Below, one piece after another: positions 27,827 to 40,612 of a stretch of 59,989 bases of DNA. The position numbers were made by a program, and so were the translations under genes. The number at the start of each line of letters is the position of its first letter. The first letter of the stretch is position 1. The stretch comes from Octopus sinensis. Its lineage: Eukaryota. The notes below the pieces were generated by a model that had not been told where the DNA came from, did no database searches, and saw nothing but the letters and a program-made list of their open reading frames with translations. Where the stretch lies: the NCBI RefSeq assembly GCF_006345805.1, contig NW_021835452.1, positions 1 through 59,989 on the forward strand. Reading direction: 5' to 3'.

Positions 27827-29977
27827 ATGGCCACTGGCCACCACGAGGCTGAGTTGCAAGTGAAGCGTGACGCAGAAACAGAAAAACAGGATGCTCTGTT
27901 AGCATACGCCGAACCTGACAACTCCACCACCACCAACAGCAACAAATACAAAACAAAGGTCGCAAGGCCAAGCACCGTCAACACCATCAGTGAGTCCACC
28001 ACCACCACCACCACCAACACCATGGCAGAATCTGCTACTAAAACTGCTATCCCTACTAAAGATATCGCCACCAATAACAACATCACCATCACCGCCACCA
28101 AAGACCGTGCCGTCAATGCTACTAATACTACCAACACCACCGCCGTCACCAAGAACGACAATAACAACAACAACAACGACGACAACAACAATTCCCTTCA
28201 ACCACTGCTCACTCCATCACCAACAAGTGAAAAAATAACGACGACAAGCAAACGAAATGTCGAATTTTGCCCTAGTGCAGGACTAAAGTACGCAGGCAAT
28301 TTTCCACCCCTTCCTACTAGCACGATCGAACCAAACACACCAATTTTACAAACTGCAGCCAACAACAACATCACCACAAGCAACAACAATAACAAAACAA
28401 CAACAAATTTCGCTGAGGCGATTAAAGAAAAAAAAACAACAATATACTTTACGGCTCAACAAATACAGGACACGAACATCAAAATAACAGAATCAGAAGG
28501 TATAGTAAAATAAACATACCAGAAGATATTTTGGAAAATGAAAAAAGACGAACAATCATTTATAAAATAGTTAACAAAAAAACAAAAATCCCAGAGAAGG
28601 CCAACACAAGCAAAATAGAGAAGTGCTTGAAACCCATCTGGGATCACAAAGAATATGTAACCTGGTGGAACAAATTTGCCCACATACAAGTTGTTTTCTA
28701 CACCGAAGAGTTAGCTAGACATTTCTCAACGCTAACTCTTCACTCAGATGAACTCCAACTTACACCAAGCTATCGGGGACAGAAAGTGACTAAGATCACT
28801 CTAAACAATGTCCCCAATATAGCCAATAGTCTATGGCTTGTAAAGGCCTTATGCGTAAAAATGGCGAACTATACTATTTTGGAAACCACAGTCACAGAGC
28901 ATAAAAACTGGGTGGGACAAAAAAATAGAATTTCTTCTACATATACATCATGAGGATATAAAAAAAATACCCACCCAGATATGTGTATCAGACGACCACA
29001 AGTTATATGTGGTCGTCGATGGCAGAAGACCACGTTGCTACATATGCGGCAGTGAGCAACACCTCAAAAAAGACTGCAAATCTGCCGCAAGTAAACAACA
29101 GCAACAACAACAGCAGCCGGAAACAAAAACAAATAAAAAAGGTTTACTACCCACACCACTTTTTGCAGGAACAAACCTCACCAAACAAACAACCACACCA
29201 ACTGCAGCACCAAGAACAGAAGCAGCATCACCAACAACAACAACCAAGAATATACCAACTCCCAAACCAAGGACATCTGCCAAAAAGACACCCAGCAAAA
29301 ATGAAGAAACAATTACAACTCCAAATCCCCACAAAATTGAGACCCTAAACAACACAACAATACCCACAATCACTCAAACACAAAATACCCAAACCCCACA
29401 TCCAAAACCGCATACACCACAACCAAACACACCACCACCAACCACACCAACAACAAAACCAACACAGTCGACAATAGACCCAATTCTTTCCCTCTTCCAG
29501 ACTCCGATTCGTCTGATCTGTCATTAGACGAAGAAGACACGGAAGATTGGCAAATAGCCACAGGGGGGAGAAGAAAAAGGGAAAAAAAAGAAAAGAAAAA
29601 ATAACAAACAAAGCGGGAAGATACACACTCCCGAAACAAAAACATCCACAGAAAACACACACATCAACACAAACACACCACATCAAACCCCCCAAAAATG
29701 TTGACAGCCATAAACACAAACAACCACGACCTAATGGAACACATTAGGTCAAACACTAACATTACTGAAAACGACAAAAACAAGTAACCACCCACATACA
29801 ACACCACCACAACACATTAAAATAATACACGTGACACAGAACACATACAGCACCCTGAAATCTCTTTACCCTGATGCAGTAGGGAGATTTCAAAAGTACT
29901 CATCGAAAAAACTGTATAAAAGCCTCATAGAAGAAGACCGTGAGGTGAAAGACAAAGAACTTTCGAAAAACAAGTAA
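27827..29977 (+). CDS. retrotransposon ORF1 (gag-like nucleic-acid-binding protein), frameshifted as assembled
   Basis: aaaATGG start at 27827. T/N-rich N-terminus, RRM-like middle (RRTIIYKIVN..HIQVVFYTEELA..KVTKITLNNVP), zinc knuckle CYICGSEQHLKKDC, acidic/basic tail. Last coding-like block LKSLYPDAVGRFQKY..KNK* ends at 29977. Track ORFs 27827-28513, 28531-28953 and 29009-29527 are joined by frameshifts. Confidence 0.7.
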
Positions 29978-30019
29978 CCTTTTCTCTCTCCTTTTCCTTT
30001 TTTGCACTTTTATCGGAAC

Positions 30020-33000
30020 ATGCTCAGAATAGGTAGTATAAATGTACGTGGCTTGGGGTCGCCTTGGAAACAAGGCTACCTGTTAAATGACATCAAGTCA
30101 CTAAATCTGAATATCATAGCCATCAGTGAGACCAGACTCCACAGCTTGCGGGCACTCCAGCACATTTTCGGTACACATTTCAACATTTTTCTCCGTGTCT
30201 ACCGAGAATGGGCGGAGGTGGCACCGCGGTGCTTATCCGGAAGAGTCTGGATCTCAAAGTAAGAGCAAATTTCCTAGACCCGGAGGGTAGGCTGGTCGTT
30301 TTGGATGTCGATGGCAGCAATGAGTGTGCTTTTCGACTGATAGCAGTTTATGCTCCGTCCTTAACAGGCCGACCAGATTTCTTTCGACGTCTAGAGTCTT
30401 TCATGGGAACGTCTCGTCCTTTACTTTTAGTGGGGGATTGGAATGCCACCCTGGACACGCATCTAGACTACGTGGGCAGAGATAGCAATAGAAGGGGATG
30501 CAAATGCCTCAAAGACCTGCTCAGACGTTTCCAACTGTCTGACAGGTACCGACTGGACCACCCGAATGTGCCAATGTGGACATGGAGTAACCGCATCGGG
30601 TCGTCCAGATCATACTTAGACAGAGTATTCTGTAGGACAATAGATAAAAATAGTGTAGGTTGTCCACAATTTCATATAGTCAGTTACACAGATCACAAGT
30701 TTGTGACTTGTACACTTGACTTAGATAAGACACATAGGCAGGGTCCTGGTTACTGGAAACTGAACGCGTCTTTTACAGCACGACAGGTTTACAGGGACCG
30801 GATCAGCACATTAGTTAAGAGAGCTTTGACGGGTACCATCATCAACAACAGATGGTGGTATGCCCTAAAAAAAGCGATTAAAGCAGAATCAGTCAGATAC
30901 AGTAGAGCCTTAGCATTAGACCGAAATAGAATAGAGGGAGAATTAGTTAAGGTTTTAGAAGAGGCTCTTAGAACTGGCATCGCGTCCAACGTACTGGCGG
31001 CGAGATTGGCCCTCGACCAACACCTCAACGCCAAACACGAGGGATGCGTTGTCAGAGCTAGGATGCGTTGTCAGAGCTAGGATGCGTGCTCTGAGGAACG
31101 AAGGAGTTGGAGCCGCCCAAGAGGCCCGAGTGGTGGAGACGCAACGAGGCAACAGAGCCACCATCAAGTCTCTTATAGATGAACAGGGGCGCGAATTGCT
31201 CGAGCCTAAAAGGATGTGTGGGGTTTTTCAACAACACTTCACCCAACTGTTTGGGACAAGTGGTGAGTCAGAAAGCAGAGTGGACTTTAGTGCCTACCTG
31301 CATGCCTTGCCACGACTCTCAGCAAGGGAGGTGGAGTCTTGTGAAAAGCCTATCACAGCTGCGGACGTACAGGATGCGATGGTAGGCTGCGCGAGAGACA
31401 AGTCACCAGGCTTGGATGGTCTGCCCTACGAATTTTATTTTCATATGCCAGACTTGTTTGGAGGCGTCTTGGCAGCTGTCTACTGCAACTGGCAGCAGAA
31501 CGGGAGTATTCCTGCTTTTGTAAAGCGAGGAGCAGTGGCACTGATCAAGAAAGACCCAAACAAGGGGGACGTCATAGATAATTTCAGGCCCATCACTCTG
31601 CTCAACGCAGATTTGAAAATTTTGGCCAAGGTGTTAGCCGAGAGGTTGGCGCTTGTCATCAAGAAACTAATCGACAAGGCGCAAACATGCGCCGTGCCGG
31701 GTAGAAGTATTCATGACAACCTCCATCTGATGCGCTACATCATAGACAGGGTAGTTAAAAATCCTGGCATGGGTGGGGCGCTGATCAATTTGGATCAATC
31801 AAAAGCCTTCGATAGGGTAGACCATCACTACTTGGAGGCTGTCCTCAAAGCGGCTGGTTTCGGTCCAGTTTTCCGCGGTTGGATCGCTGCCTTATACAGC
31901 GGCATCCGCTCAGTAGTTCGCGTAAATGGTCATCTATCCAGACCTTTTAACATCATGCGTTCGGTTCGTCAGGGATGCCCCCTCTCATCGCTGCTGTATG
32001 TACTGACTCTTGAGCCACTACTGCGGAAACTGGCGACGCTGAGGGGCATCCCACGAGAGCTGGGATGCGGGAGGAGCGTGTCTGCATACGCGGATGACGT
32101 CACCGTCATAGTGTCGAGCTACGAGCACATCGAGCTGGTCGGCGAGACACTGAAAGAATACGAAGCGGTAACGGGAGCAAAAATTAACCGGGAAAAGTCA
32201 GTGGGCTTGCGGCTCGGCACCTGGAGAAGCAAGCCCATGCCGTCCAACAGCGTCTCCATCGTGGGACGCTGGACGGACGGACCGGTTAAATTGCTCGGGG
32301 TCTGGTTCGGTCCGGACCTCCAAATGGAGAAGAACTGGGGCGAGATAACGACTAGGGTGGCTACTCTCACCCAGAAATGGACTGAGAGAAAGCTATCCCT
32401 AAAAGGTCGGGCGGAGGTGGCGAACGCGTACATCGCATCCGTCATCGAGTATCGTCTGACCGTCGTGCCTTGTCCCGACCCTACCATCACCAAACTGGAA
32501 CGCATACTCTTCCGCTTCTTGTGGAAGGGAAACGTTCCGATGGTTAGGCGATCCATTTGCTGCCAACACCCGCTAAATGGAGGGCTGGGCATGCCGTGGT
32601 TGATGATGCGCAGACATGCGCTGAGACTGCGACATCTCCGGCGCTTCATAGACAACGGTGAACAGGGGTGGTCGCCTTTTGTGCGGCGCGCTTTCCCGCA
32701 GCTCGTCTCCTTGGACGAACTACAGTCATGGATCAAGCAGAGACCGAGGCTAGGCGAATGGCACCGCGAGTGTCGCGTTGCTCTCAAGCAACTCTGCCGT
32801 CCGGGATCGAACTTGTGCGACTCCATCACAACAAAGGCATTCTATAGAGGATTAGTGGAGGGGAGGTGCGACGACGAACTCGGGCAGAGTCTGGGCGTCG
32901 ACGAGGAACACCTGACCCGCCTGTTCAGGACAACTTTCGGGCCGGGACCTATGAACAATCACCAAAGATCCCTGGCCTGGCAGTGCTATCGAGAAGCATT

Positions 33001-33472
33001 ACCTGTTCGGGATAGCTCTACAGACACGGTTCCAGACACACTGGACCGACTTGCCCGAGATGCGGTCAGAGCGACGAAACCGTTCTGCACGCACTCGTGC
33101 AATGTCCAACCATTTCCGACCTGTGGGCTTATGCCGAACGGGCTGCTGTCACGTGTGGGACGAATCCGCCTATCGGCCGAGTCTATCGTGAGAATTGCTC
33201 CGCCCCCTTCCCTCAACCGGGAAGGCAAGGCAGTTTTCATCGTACTGGTGGCCATGGTGAAAGAATGTGTGTGGTGGACTCGAGCGAAAGGATTAGAGAC
33301 AAACACTTACCTCTCTGGCCAATCGCTCATCAACTTTTTCAAGTACCACTTGAAAAGGAAGGTGAGAATGGAGAGGGAAGTTTTGTCTCGCGAAAGATTC
33401 AAAAAAAGATGGGTGAATGTTGCAAAGATGGTGCGTGCTAGTAACGAAACCATTTTGAGCATGATCCTGTAG
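30020..33472 (+). CDS. retrotransposon ORF2: APE endonuclease, reverse transcriptase, C-terminal CCHC; frameshifted as assembled
   Basis: APE motifs SINVRG, ISETR, AVYAP, GDWNA, YLDR, TDH, YWKLN. RT motifs SPGLDG, FRPITLLN, DQSKAFD, RQGCPLS, YADD. CPRCGQSDETVLHALVQC at 33052-33105 in a shifted frame. Confidence 0.92.
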
Positions 33473-33772
33473 ATCGTAAAAAAGAAAGAAAGAGAGCATT
33501 TTTGACCTCATGTGTTTATTTCCTCCCTGACTGGGGTTCCCGTGGTCTTTTCTGTAGGCTTTTCTTCCCACGGATGAACCCAATCTTGTTATATCAATGT
33601 TTACACCATTATTCTGTGATACACGATTTCTTTTTTTCCTTTTTTTCCTCCTCTCGATCCCTTTTGATCGCAATCTTACATTTTTATTTTTTTCCACCCT
33701 CGAAAAGAAAAGCTCTGCATTTGTATTTGTCCCCTCTGTATTCAGCCCTGTGTGGCTAATAATAAAAGAAAG

Positions 33773-33776
<4 letters not shown>

Positions 33777-33845
<69 letters not shown>

Positions 33846-33880
33846 AATATATATATATATATAATATATATATGTATGTA
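33777..33880. repeat. (TATC)n-(TA)n microsatellite, 3' flank of the Tx1 element
   Basis: Directly visible. Confidence 0.95.
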
Positions 33881-33886
33881 TGTAGG

Positions 33887-35040
33887 TATAGGAGTTGGAC
33901 AACATAATGGAAACACCTAGCATAATTTTGAAATATCTATAAAAACGTCAAAAGCTTGTTTATTTTTATATTTTCTCTTTATTTATTATTAGTGTTACTG
34001 AATATGTTTTGCAAAAGTTGCTGTTTCTTTTCAGATATCATTAGTAAATGGTAATTGAAATTCATTAAAATGACGGATCATTCGGACTTTCGAAGAGGTC
34101 AAATTGTTGTTGCTCGTACGACAGGCGCTAGCATAATTGAAACGGCTGAAATGTTTGGTGTATCAAGAAGTACTATCTCGAAAGTAATGGCAGCTTTTGA
34201 AAAAGAAGGAAAAACCTCCTCGTCGAAACAAACTCCGGAAGAATACCCAAACTTTCAGATAGGGACCGGCGGACTCTTAAGCGAATTTTTAGAAAGGATC
34301 ACAAAATTACAGCTCCCAAAATTACTGCAGAGCTTAATGACCACCTCGAGATCCCACTTTCCACAATAAACCTTTCGCCGGGAGCTGCACGAAGTCGGAT
34401 TTCACTGGAGGGCTGCAATCAGAAAACCCCTACTTTCAAAAACAAACGGTGCAAAGCGTTTAGAGTGGAGCAATAACCTACAGAATTGGTCCCTGGAGCA
34501 GTGGAAGAATTTTATCTTCTCGGACGAGTCCTCTTTTAGCTTATTTCCGACCACCGGCCGAGTATACATGTGGAGACAGTCAAAAGAAGCATTTGATCCT
34601 GACTGCCTTCTTCCAACTGTTGAACATAGGGGAGGATTGTGATGATCTGGGTGGGGGGATATATCTTGAAAATCCGCCTGCCAAATGGTCTCCCTACATG
34701 TCAGAATCAATAGTCAAGACTATTTAACCATTTTATCTGATCAAATTCATCCTTTGGTTGTGGAACTGTTTCCGGAGGCAAACGCAGTTTTTGAGGATGA
34801 TAAAGCACCAATTCACACGGCTAAATTTCTTACTGAATGGCAGGAAGTACATTCTAGTGAAGTTGAACAATTTATCTGACCACCACACTCCCCAGATCTC
34901 AATATTGTTTAACATTTATGGAGCATTTTAGAAAAACAAATAAGTAGTCGATATCCTCCACTATCATCACAAGAACTGGAGAGTGTTTTAGCTGAAGAAT
35001 GGACAAAAATTCCTTTGGAAAAAATTCAAAGTTTGTGCTC
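33887..35040 (+). pseudogene. Tc1-family (DD34E) transposon fossil lacking the 3' TIR
   Basis: TIR-like taggagttggacaacataatggaaacacc. MTDHSDFRRGQIVVARTTGAS..FGVSRSTISKV; AIRKPLL..RLEW; FIFSDES (D1); FEDDKAPIH (D2); PHSPDLNIV*HLW (E mutated). Frameshifts and stops present. Confidence 0.88.
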
Positions 35041-35049
35041 CATGATAGA

Positions 35050-35225
35050 TTGCTAGGCACTAAATCTTTTTCTATTTTCTCATCCTGTTTATCTCTGTGT
35101 TCCTTTCTTGTGAAAAGCGTATGCTCGAAACGTAAAAGACTTTCTCACTTGCCGAGCGTTAAACTAATACATCCGTTTGTTGTTTACATACCCGTCTTCT
35201 TCTTTTGTTTTTATGTAAATTATCA
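35050..35225 (+). mobile_element. probable Penelope-type pLTR fragment with a degenerate hammerhead-like core
   Basis: cttt-cttgtgaa-aagcgtatgctc-gaaacgta-aaag at 35103-35138. The core is mutated. Confidence 0.35.
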
Positions 35226-35226
35226 C

Positions 35227-35278
<52 letters not shown>

Positions 35279-35289
35279 TGTGTATGTAT

Positions 35290-35500
35290 ATGTATTTGTG
35301 GGTTTGTTTTTTGTGTCTCTGTCACCCCACTATCGCGCATCAACCGAAGCTGTTGTGTTTATATTTACTTCCCCGTCACTTAGCGGTTCGGCAATATAAA
35401 CCGATAGAATAAGTCCTGGGGTCGACCTGGTCAACTAAAGGTGGTGCTTCAGCATGACAGAAGTCAAATAACTGAAACAAGTAAAAGAATCAAAGAATAT
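35290..35500 (+). mobile_element. family-A SINE, 3' half
   Basis: ccccgtcacttagcggttcggcaa..gatagaataagtcctggggtcg..gcatgac..actgaaacaagtaaaagaat. Confidence 0.8.
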
Positions 35501-35716
35501 ATATATATATACATATATATGTATATATGTATGTATGAATATATAAAGACAGAGGGGAAGAAAGAGAGAAGATATATATATATATATATACAACCACTTA
35601 TATACACATCACTATCATACTATATGCAGCTACTCAGCTATATGTGAACACAAGTAAGTACGATTGAACGTTTGAATACATGTATTGATGCAAGGAGATA
35701 CGTACATATGCACGTA

Positions 35717-35753
<37 letters not shown>

Positions 35754-36240
35754 CTTTACACAAATATGAGCTGCTAGTGGACGTAAAATCAAATATGTTA
35801 GTATAAACTTGATGGCAGAATTTGTGCGAAATCTTCAGGCAAGACAGACAAACGATTCGTTGATATTTCTGCCCTCATGAAAAACAAAGTGTAAACAGAA
35901 CGTGACGGAAACAATGAAGCAGATAAGAAGATATATGTAGAATATCTCAACAACTGTTAGCTGTTTCAAGCTTCAGATTCATAAAAGAAATAAAACACGC
36001 AGACACACACACACACAAACGCAGATAGACAGACACACACACACACAATCGCAGATAGACAGTCACACACACACACACAGAGGCAGAAACGGTACTTACT
36101 CTGGCCATATATAAATATACATATTTGGAATATTAGTAAATATAATTATTTAACGTGCATTAGTGCCGTGTAACTTAGCTAGTCTCTCTGTTTGTCTTTT
36201 AATATATATATATATATTTGTATACATATATGTATATGTG

Positions 36241-36284
<44 letters not shown>

Positions 36285-36668
36285 ATGCACAAACTCTAAA
36301 GGACAGATTCCCTCGTACGAACGCATATATATATACGAATTGGCTTCAAAATTGTTGTCTCTTACCGCAGTGATACGCCATTTTTGAGAGCAAAGCGACT
36401 AGGTAAATAATTTCTACTTGTTAAAATAACAAAATATAAGGATAACAATGTTTCATCGAAGTTTTCTTCCATCCCAGGTAACAGACAATGAAGGTTAATT
36501 CTTCTTCATATTTTTCTGATAAAATTTGACAGCGAATACTATTGCAAAAATAATATTCTATTACATAATTTTCGTTAAAATTACAATCCAGCGGTTTCTC
36601 CCTCGGAGACTTGCGAGCGCATAAGCATTCTCCAAAGACAATTGCAATGGCGTCTAAGACCGGATAAA

Positions 36669-37215
36669 TACTGGTTTGTCCGGAAAGTTTGTGCCGATTT
36701 ATAGTAGCTTACCTTTCGACTAATATTAGAACATGGTTGAATCCATAAAATAGGATTTGACTACACCTCCATTTAGAACACAGTCTAAGCTATCTTTTCG
36801 TGGAAGAAGGTTTATGTTCCTATAAACTGTGTTAATTCTTTAACCCTTTGGAATGGAAGATAAGAAAGTTCATTTTCGGCACTTGATTCTTTGGGAACCA
36901 GACAAAAATTGCTGCAGCTCGTCTGGAATGTGTTACTCCACCCTCCATATACACAGGTATTGCTCCTTCCACTTATTCAGGTCTTAATGGTAAAAATTTC
37001 AATTCCTTGGATGACGTAAAAAGATACCTTGATGAATTCTTTGCCATGAAACCACCTGAATTCTGAGAAGAGGGAATTTTCAAGTTAAAGGAATGATGGG
37101 GACACATTGTGCAACAAAATGGTTCATATTTGTTGATTAAGAATATAATGGCAAGTATTTATTGACCTTTTTCTTTCTTTTAAAAATCAGCACGAACTTT
37201 CCGGAAAACCCAATA
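36669..37215 (+). mobile_element. internally deleted mariner element with both TIRs and TA target duplication
   Basis: ta-ctggtttgtccggaaagtttgtgccgattt ... aaatcagcacgaactttccggaaaacccaa-ta. MEDKKVHFRHLIL (ATG 36853) is fused directly to TRQKLLQLVWNVLLHPPY..NGKNFNSLDDVKRYLDEFFAMKP. Confidence 0.85.
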
Positions 37216-37399
37216 TTATGAATTATGTATTTTAATTTTTCTAATATATTTTCCGGTGACTGTGTAACTTGATTACATCGACTCTATGTTTCAACTGCTT
37301 CTTGTTTTATTGACTCCGAAAAGATGGAAAATAACGGTGACTTGTGTGGTACCTAATTTCAGAACTTAAATACCGCTACGCGTTTTTGGCCAATATTTT

Positions 37400-38105
37400 A
37401 AATTCCGCCGAGATCGACTTTGCCTTTCATCCTTTCGGGGTTGATAAATTAAGTACCAGTTGCGGACTGGGGTCGATCTAATCGACTGGACCCTCCCCCA
37501 AAATCCCGGGCCTTGTGCCTAGAGTAGAAAATAATATTACAGTTAGAAAATTGCAGTTTAGGGCAGCGAGCTGGCAGAAACGTTAGCACGCCGGGCGAAA
37601 TGCTTAGTGGTATTTCGTCTGAATTTACGTTCTGAGTTCAAATTCGGCCGAAGTCGACTTTGAATTTCATCCTTTCGGGATCGATTAAATAAGTACCAGT
37701 TACCCACTGGAGTCGATATAATCGACTTAATCCGTTTGTATGTCCTTGTTTGTCCTCTCTAGGTATTTCGTCTGTCTCAACGTTCAGAGTTCAAATTCCG
37801 CCGAGGTCGACTTTGCTTTTCATCCTTCGGGGTCAAATAGATGAGCACCAGTTACACACTGGGGTCGATGTAATGGACTTAATCCCTTTGTCTGTCCTTG
37901 TGTGTCCCCTCTATATCTAACCCCCTGTGGGCAATAAAGAAATAAATACTGCACTTAGAATAAAGCAGCGAACTGTCAGAATCGTTTGCACGGCGATCGA
38001 AATGCTTGGCAGTATTTCGTCTGTCTTTACGTTCTGAGTTCAAATTCCGCCAAGATCGACTTTGCCTTTCATCCCTGCGGGGTCGAGGAATTAAGAACCA
38101 GTGAA
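37400..38105 (+). mobile_element. cluster of four family-B SINE copies
   Basis: aaattccgccgaggtcgactttgcctttcatcctttcggggtcgat..aagtaccag recurs at about 37405, 37640, 37795 and 38040. Heads read ggcagcgagctggcagaa. Confidence 0.85.
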
Positions 38106-38152
38106 ACACTAGGAGCCAACTTGTACAAATACAAAGCAAATGTCAAACATAG

Positions 38153-38162
38153 AATAATAATA

Positions 38163-38201
<39 letters not shown>

Positions 38202-38283
38202 TGATGATAAAAATAATAATAATAATGATAATAATAATAATAATAATAATTATTATTATTATTATTATTATTATTTTTGTTAA

Positions 38284-38350
<67 letters not shown>

Positions 38351-38463
38351 AACCGCTCGATTACTCCGGAAAGTGCTCGAAAAATAAGAGGTGTTACCTT
38401 AGTTCACTGGTAGTGAACAGCTAACACTGTAGTATATCTCCAGCCTTAGAAGCTGTGCAAGGC

Positions 38464-38530
<67 letters not shown>

Positions 38531-38580
38531 TTAATAACATCGACGACGACGATGTTGATGCTGCGGCTGATGATGACAAT
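38153..38580. repeat. (AAT)n directly followed by (ATT)n, then a further (AAT)n tract
   Basis: Directly visible. Confidence 0.95.
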
Positions 38581-39209
38581 GATGGTGATGATATTAATAA
38601 CAGCTCAATAAATTGAATACGTACAATAAGAAAATATACAAACACAAAAAAGGTCTCATAATCATACCTAGATTGAACAATATGTAAAAAAAAAGAAGCA
38701 AAACATGATGATAGCATACCATTTAATAATAGGATATATATAAAACAAAAACTTAAGTAAATATCAACAACACAACAAGATTAATAAACTCTAATATTAG
38801 CAGAAAGATTAACATCAGATATATTAATACAGCCCTGTGAAAATACCGTTGTTTACACAATATACGAGCAATGCCATTACTGAACTGCACAGACTAAGAT
38901 CCGATTAGAATAATACGCCATTTTTCTTAGTCCGTTCTGCTGTTAATTTCTTTTGTTTTACCGATTGCTTTCTCTTGTTGTTGTTATTTTTGTTGTTGTT
39001 ATTGTTAATGGGGTTGCTGTTCATGTTGTTAGAGTGTTTTTGTTTGTTTTTCTTTGTTTTGTTTCTTGCATTTCCCTTGGTCTTGCTGATGTTGTACTGG
39101 CGGCAGAAATTGTCGCTATATAGTTTCTGTGTATCTATGTGAATCTAAAGCTGTGTGATTGTGTGTAATTCTGTGTGCGTTTGTGTGTGTATCTACAAGT
39201 AAATATAAA

Positions 39210-39221
39210 TATATATGTGCA

Positions 39222-39259
<38 letters not shown>

Positions 39260-39327
39260 TTTATATATATATAAATGTATGTATCATATTTTTACTTCCC
39301 AGTCTCTATGTGAATATATAAAAGCAC

Positions 39328-39359
<32 letters not shown>

Positions 39360-39387
39360 TATATTATATATATATATATATAATATA

Positions 39388-39428
<41 letters not shown>

Positions 39429-39677
39429 CATATATCTGTATGTATGTATGTATGTATGTATGTATATATGTATGTATGTATGAGCGCGTGCTTGAGTGTG
39501 TATATATTAGTATGCGTATATACGTGTGTATACAAATATGCATATATCTATGTGCATGTATGTGTGTATATATTTAAAATATATTTATATTTATATACAA
39601 ATGTATGTATTTATTTATAGATATATATGTATACATATAATAATATGCATACATACACACATATATGTATCTCTGTT

Positions 39678-39719
<42 letters not shown>

Positions 39720-40430
39720 ATATATATATATATGTCTGTGTGTGTACGTTTTAGTGTATGTCCGTGTGTGAAATAATAGATGCGTACATGCGTGGGTGTC
39801 ACTTAAGCTTATGTGTTTATTACCATTTTCTTTTAGTTTTAACATTTATATATATGTATTTTTTTTTCTTCTGTACCAAACTTCGTTGAAGCTAAGATAA
39901 GACCCATGTGGGTAATATGCCTTGAGGCGATGCTGCCACGTAGAATACCACGATAATCGAGCTATAAGCGCTTCTTCCTTCTAATCTTCGTTCTTATTAG
40001 ATACCCAATAAATTCTGCGGTTATTTTTGTTGTTGTTGTTGTTGTTGTTGCCCTTGTTGATGCTTTCCGACTTCTTCTTCTTCTTCTTCTTCGACGTCGT
40101 TGTCATCGTCGTCGTTGTCGTAGTAGTAATGGCAGTATTTTCTTCTCCATCATCATCGTCATCATCCTCCTCATCATCATCATATTTAGACTTGATATCG
40201 TTATCGTTATTACAGATGTTTTTTTTTGTTTTTTTGTGTGGGTTTTTATGCTATTTTTTAAATCATTGTTGATCCTGCCCCTGTGTTGTTTAAGTATCAG
40301 ACGAGCATAGATTACGATTATCTGAACTGTGTACACATAAACACACATTCGTAGCTCAATTACTCATTTGTAAAATAAAGAAACATAATATTTAATAATA
40401 AAAATAATCATGATAATAATGATAATAATA

Positions 40431-40481
<51 letters not shown>

Positions 40482-40554
40482 TAATAATAATGATAATAAT
40501 AATAATGATAGTAATAATAGTACTACTACTATTACTACTACTACTATTAATAAC

Positions 40555-40612
<58 letters not shown>

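Larger units (their letters stand above)
27611..33776 (+). mobile_element. full-length Tx1-clade (L1 group) non-LTR retrotransposon
   Basis: Two ORFs (CCHC ORF1; APE-RT-CCHC ORF2), about 215-nt 5' UTR, T-rich 3' UTR ending aataataaaagaaag. Lies between (TCTA)n(TC)n and (TATC)n. Confidence 0.9.
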
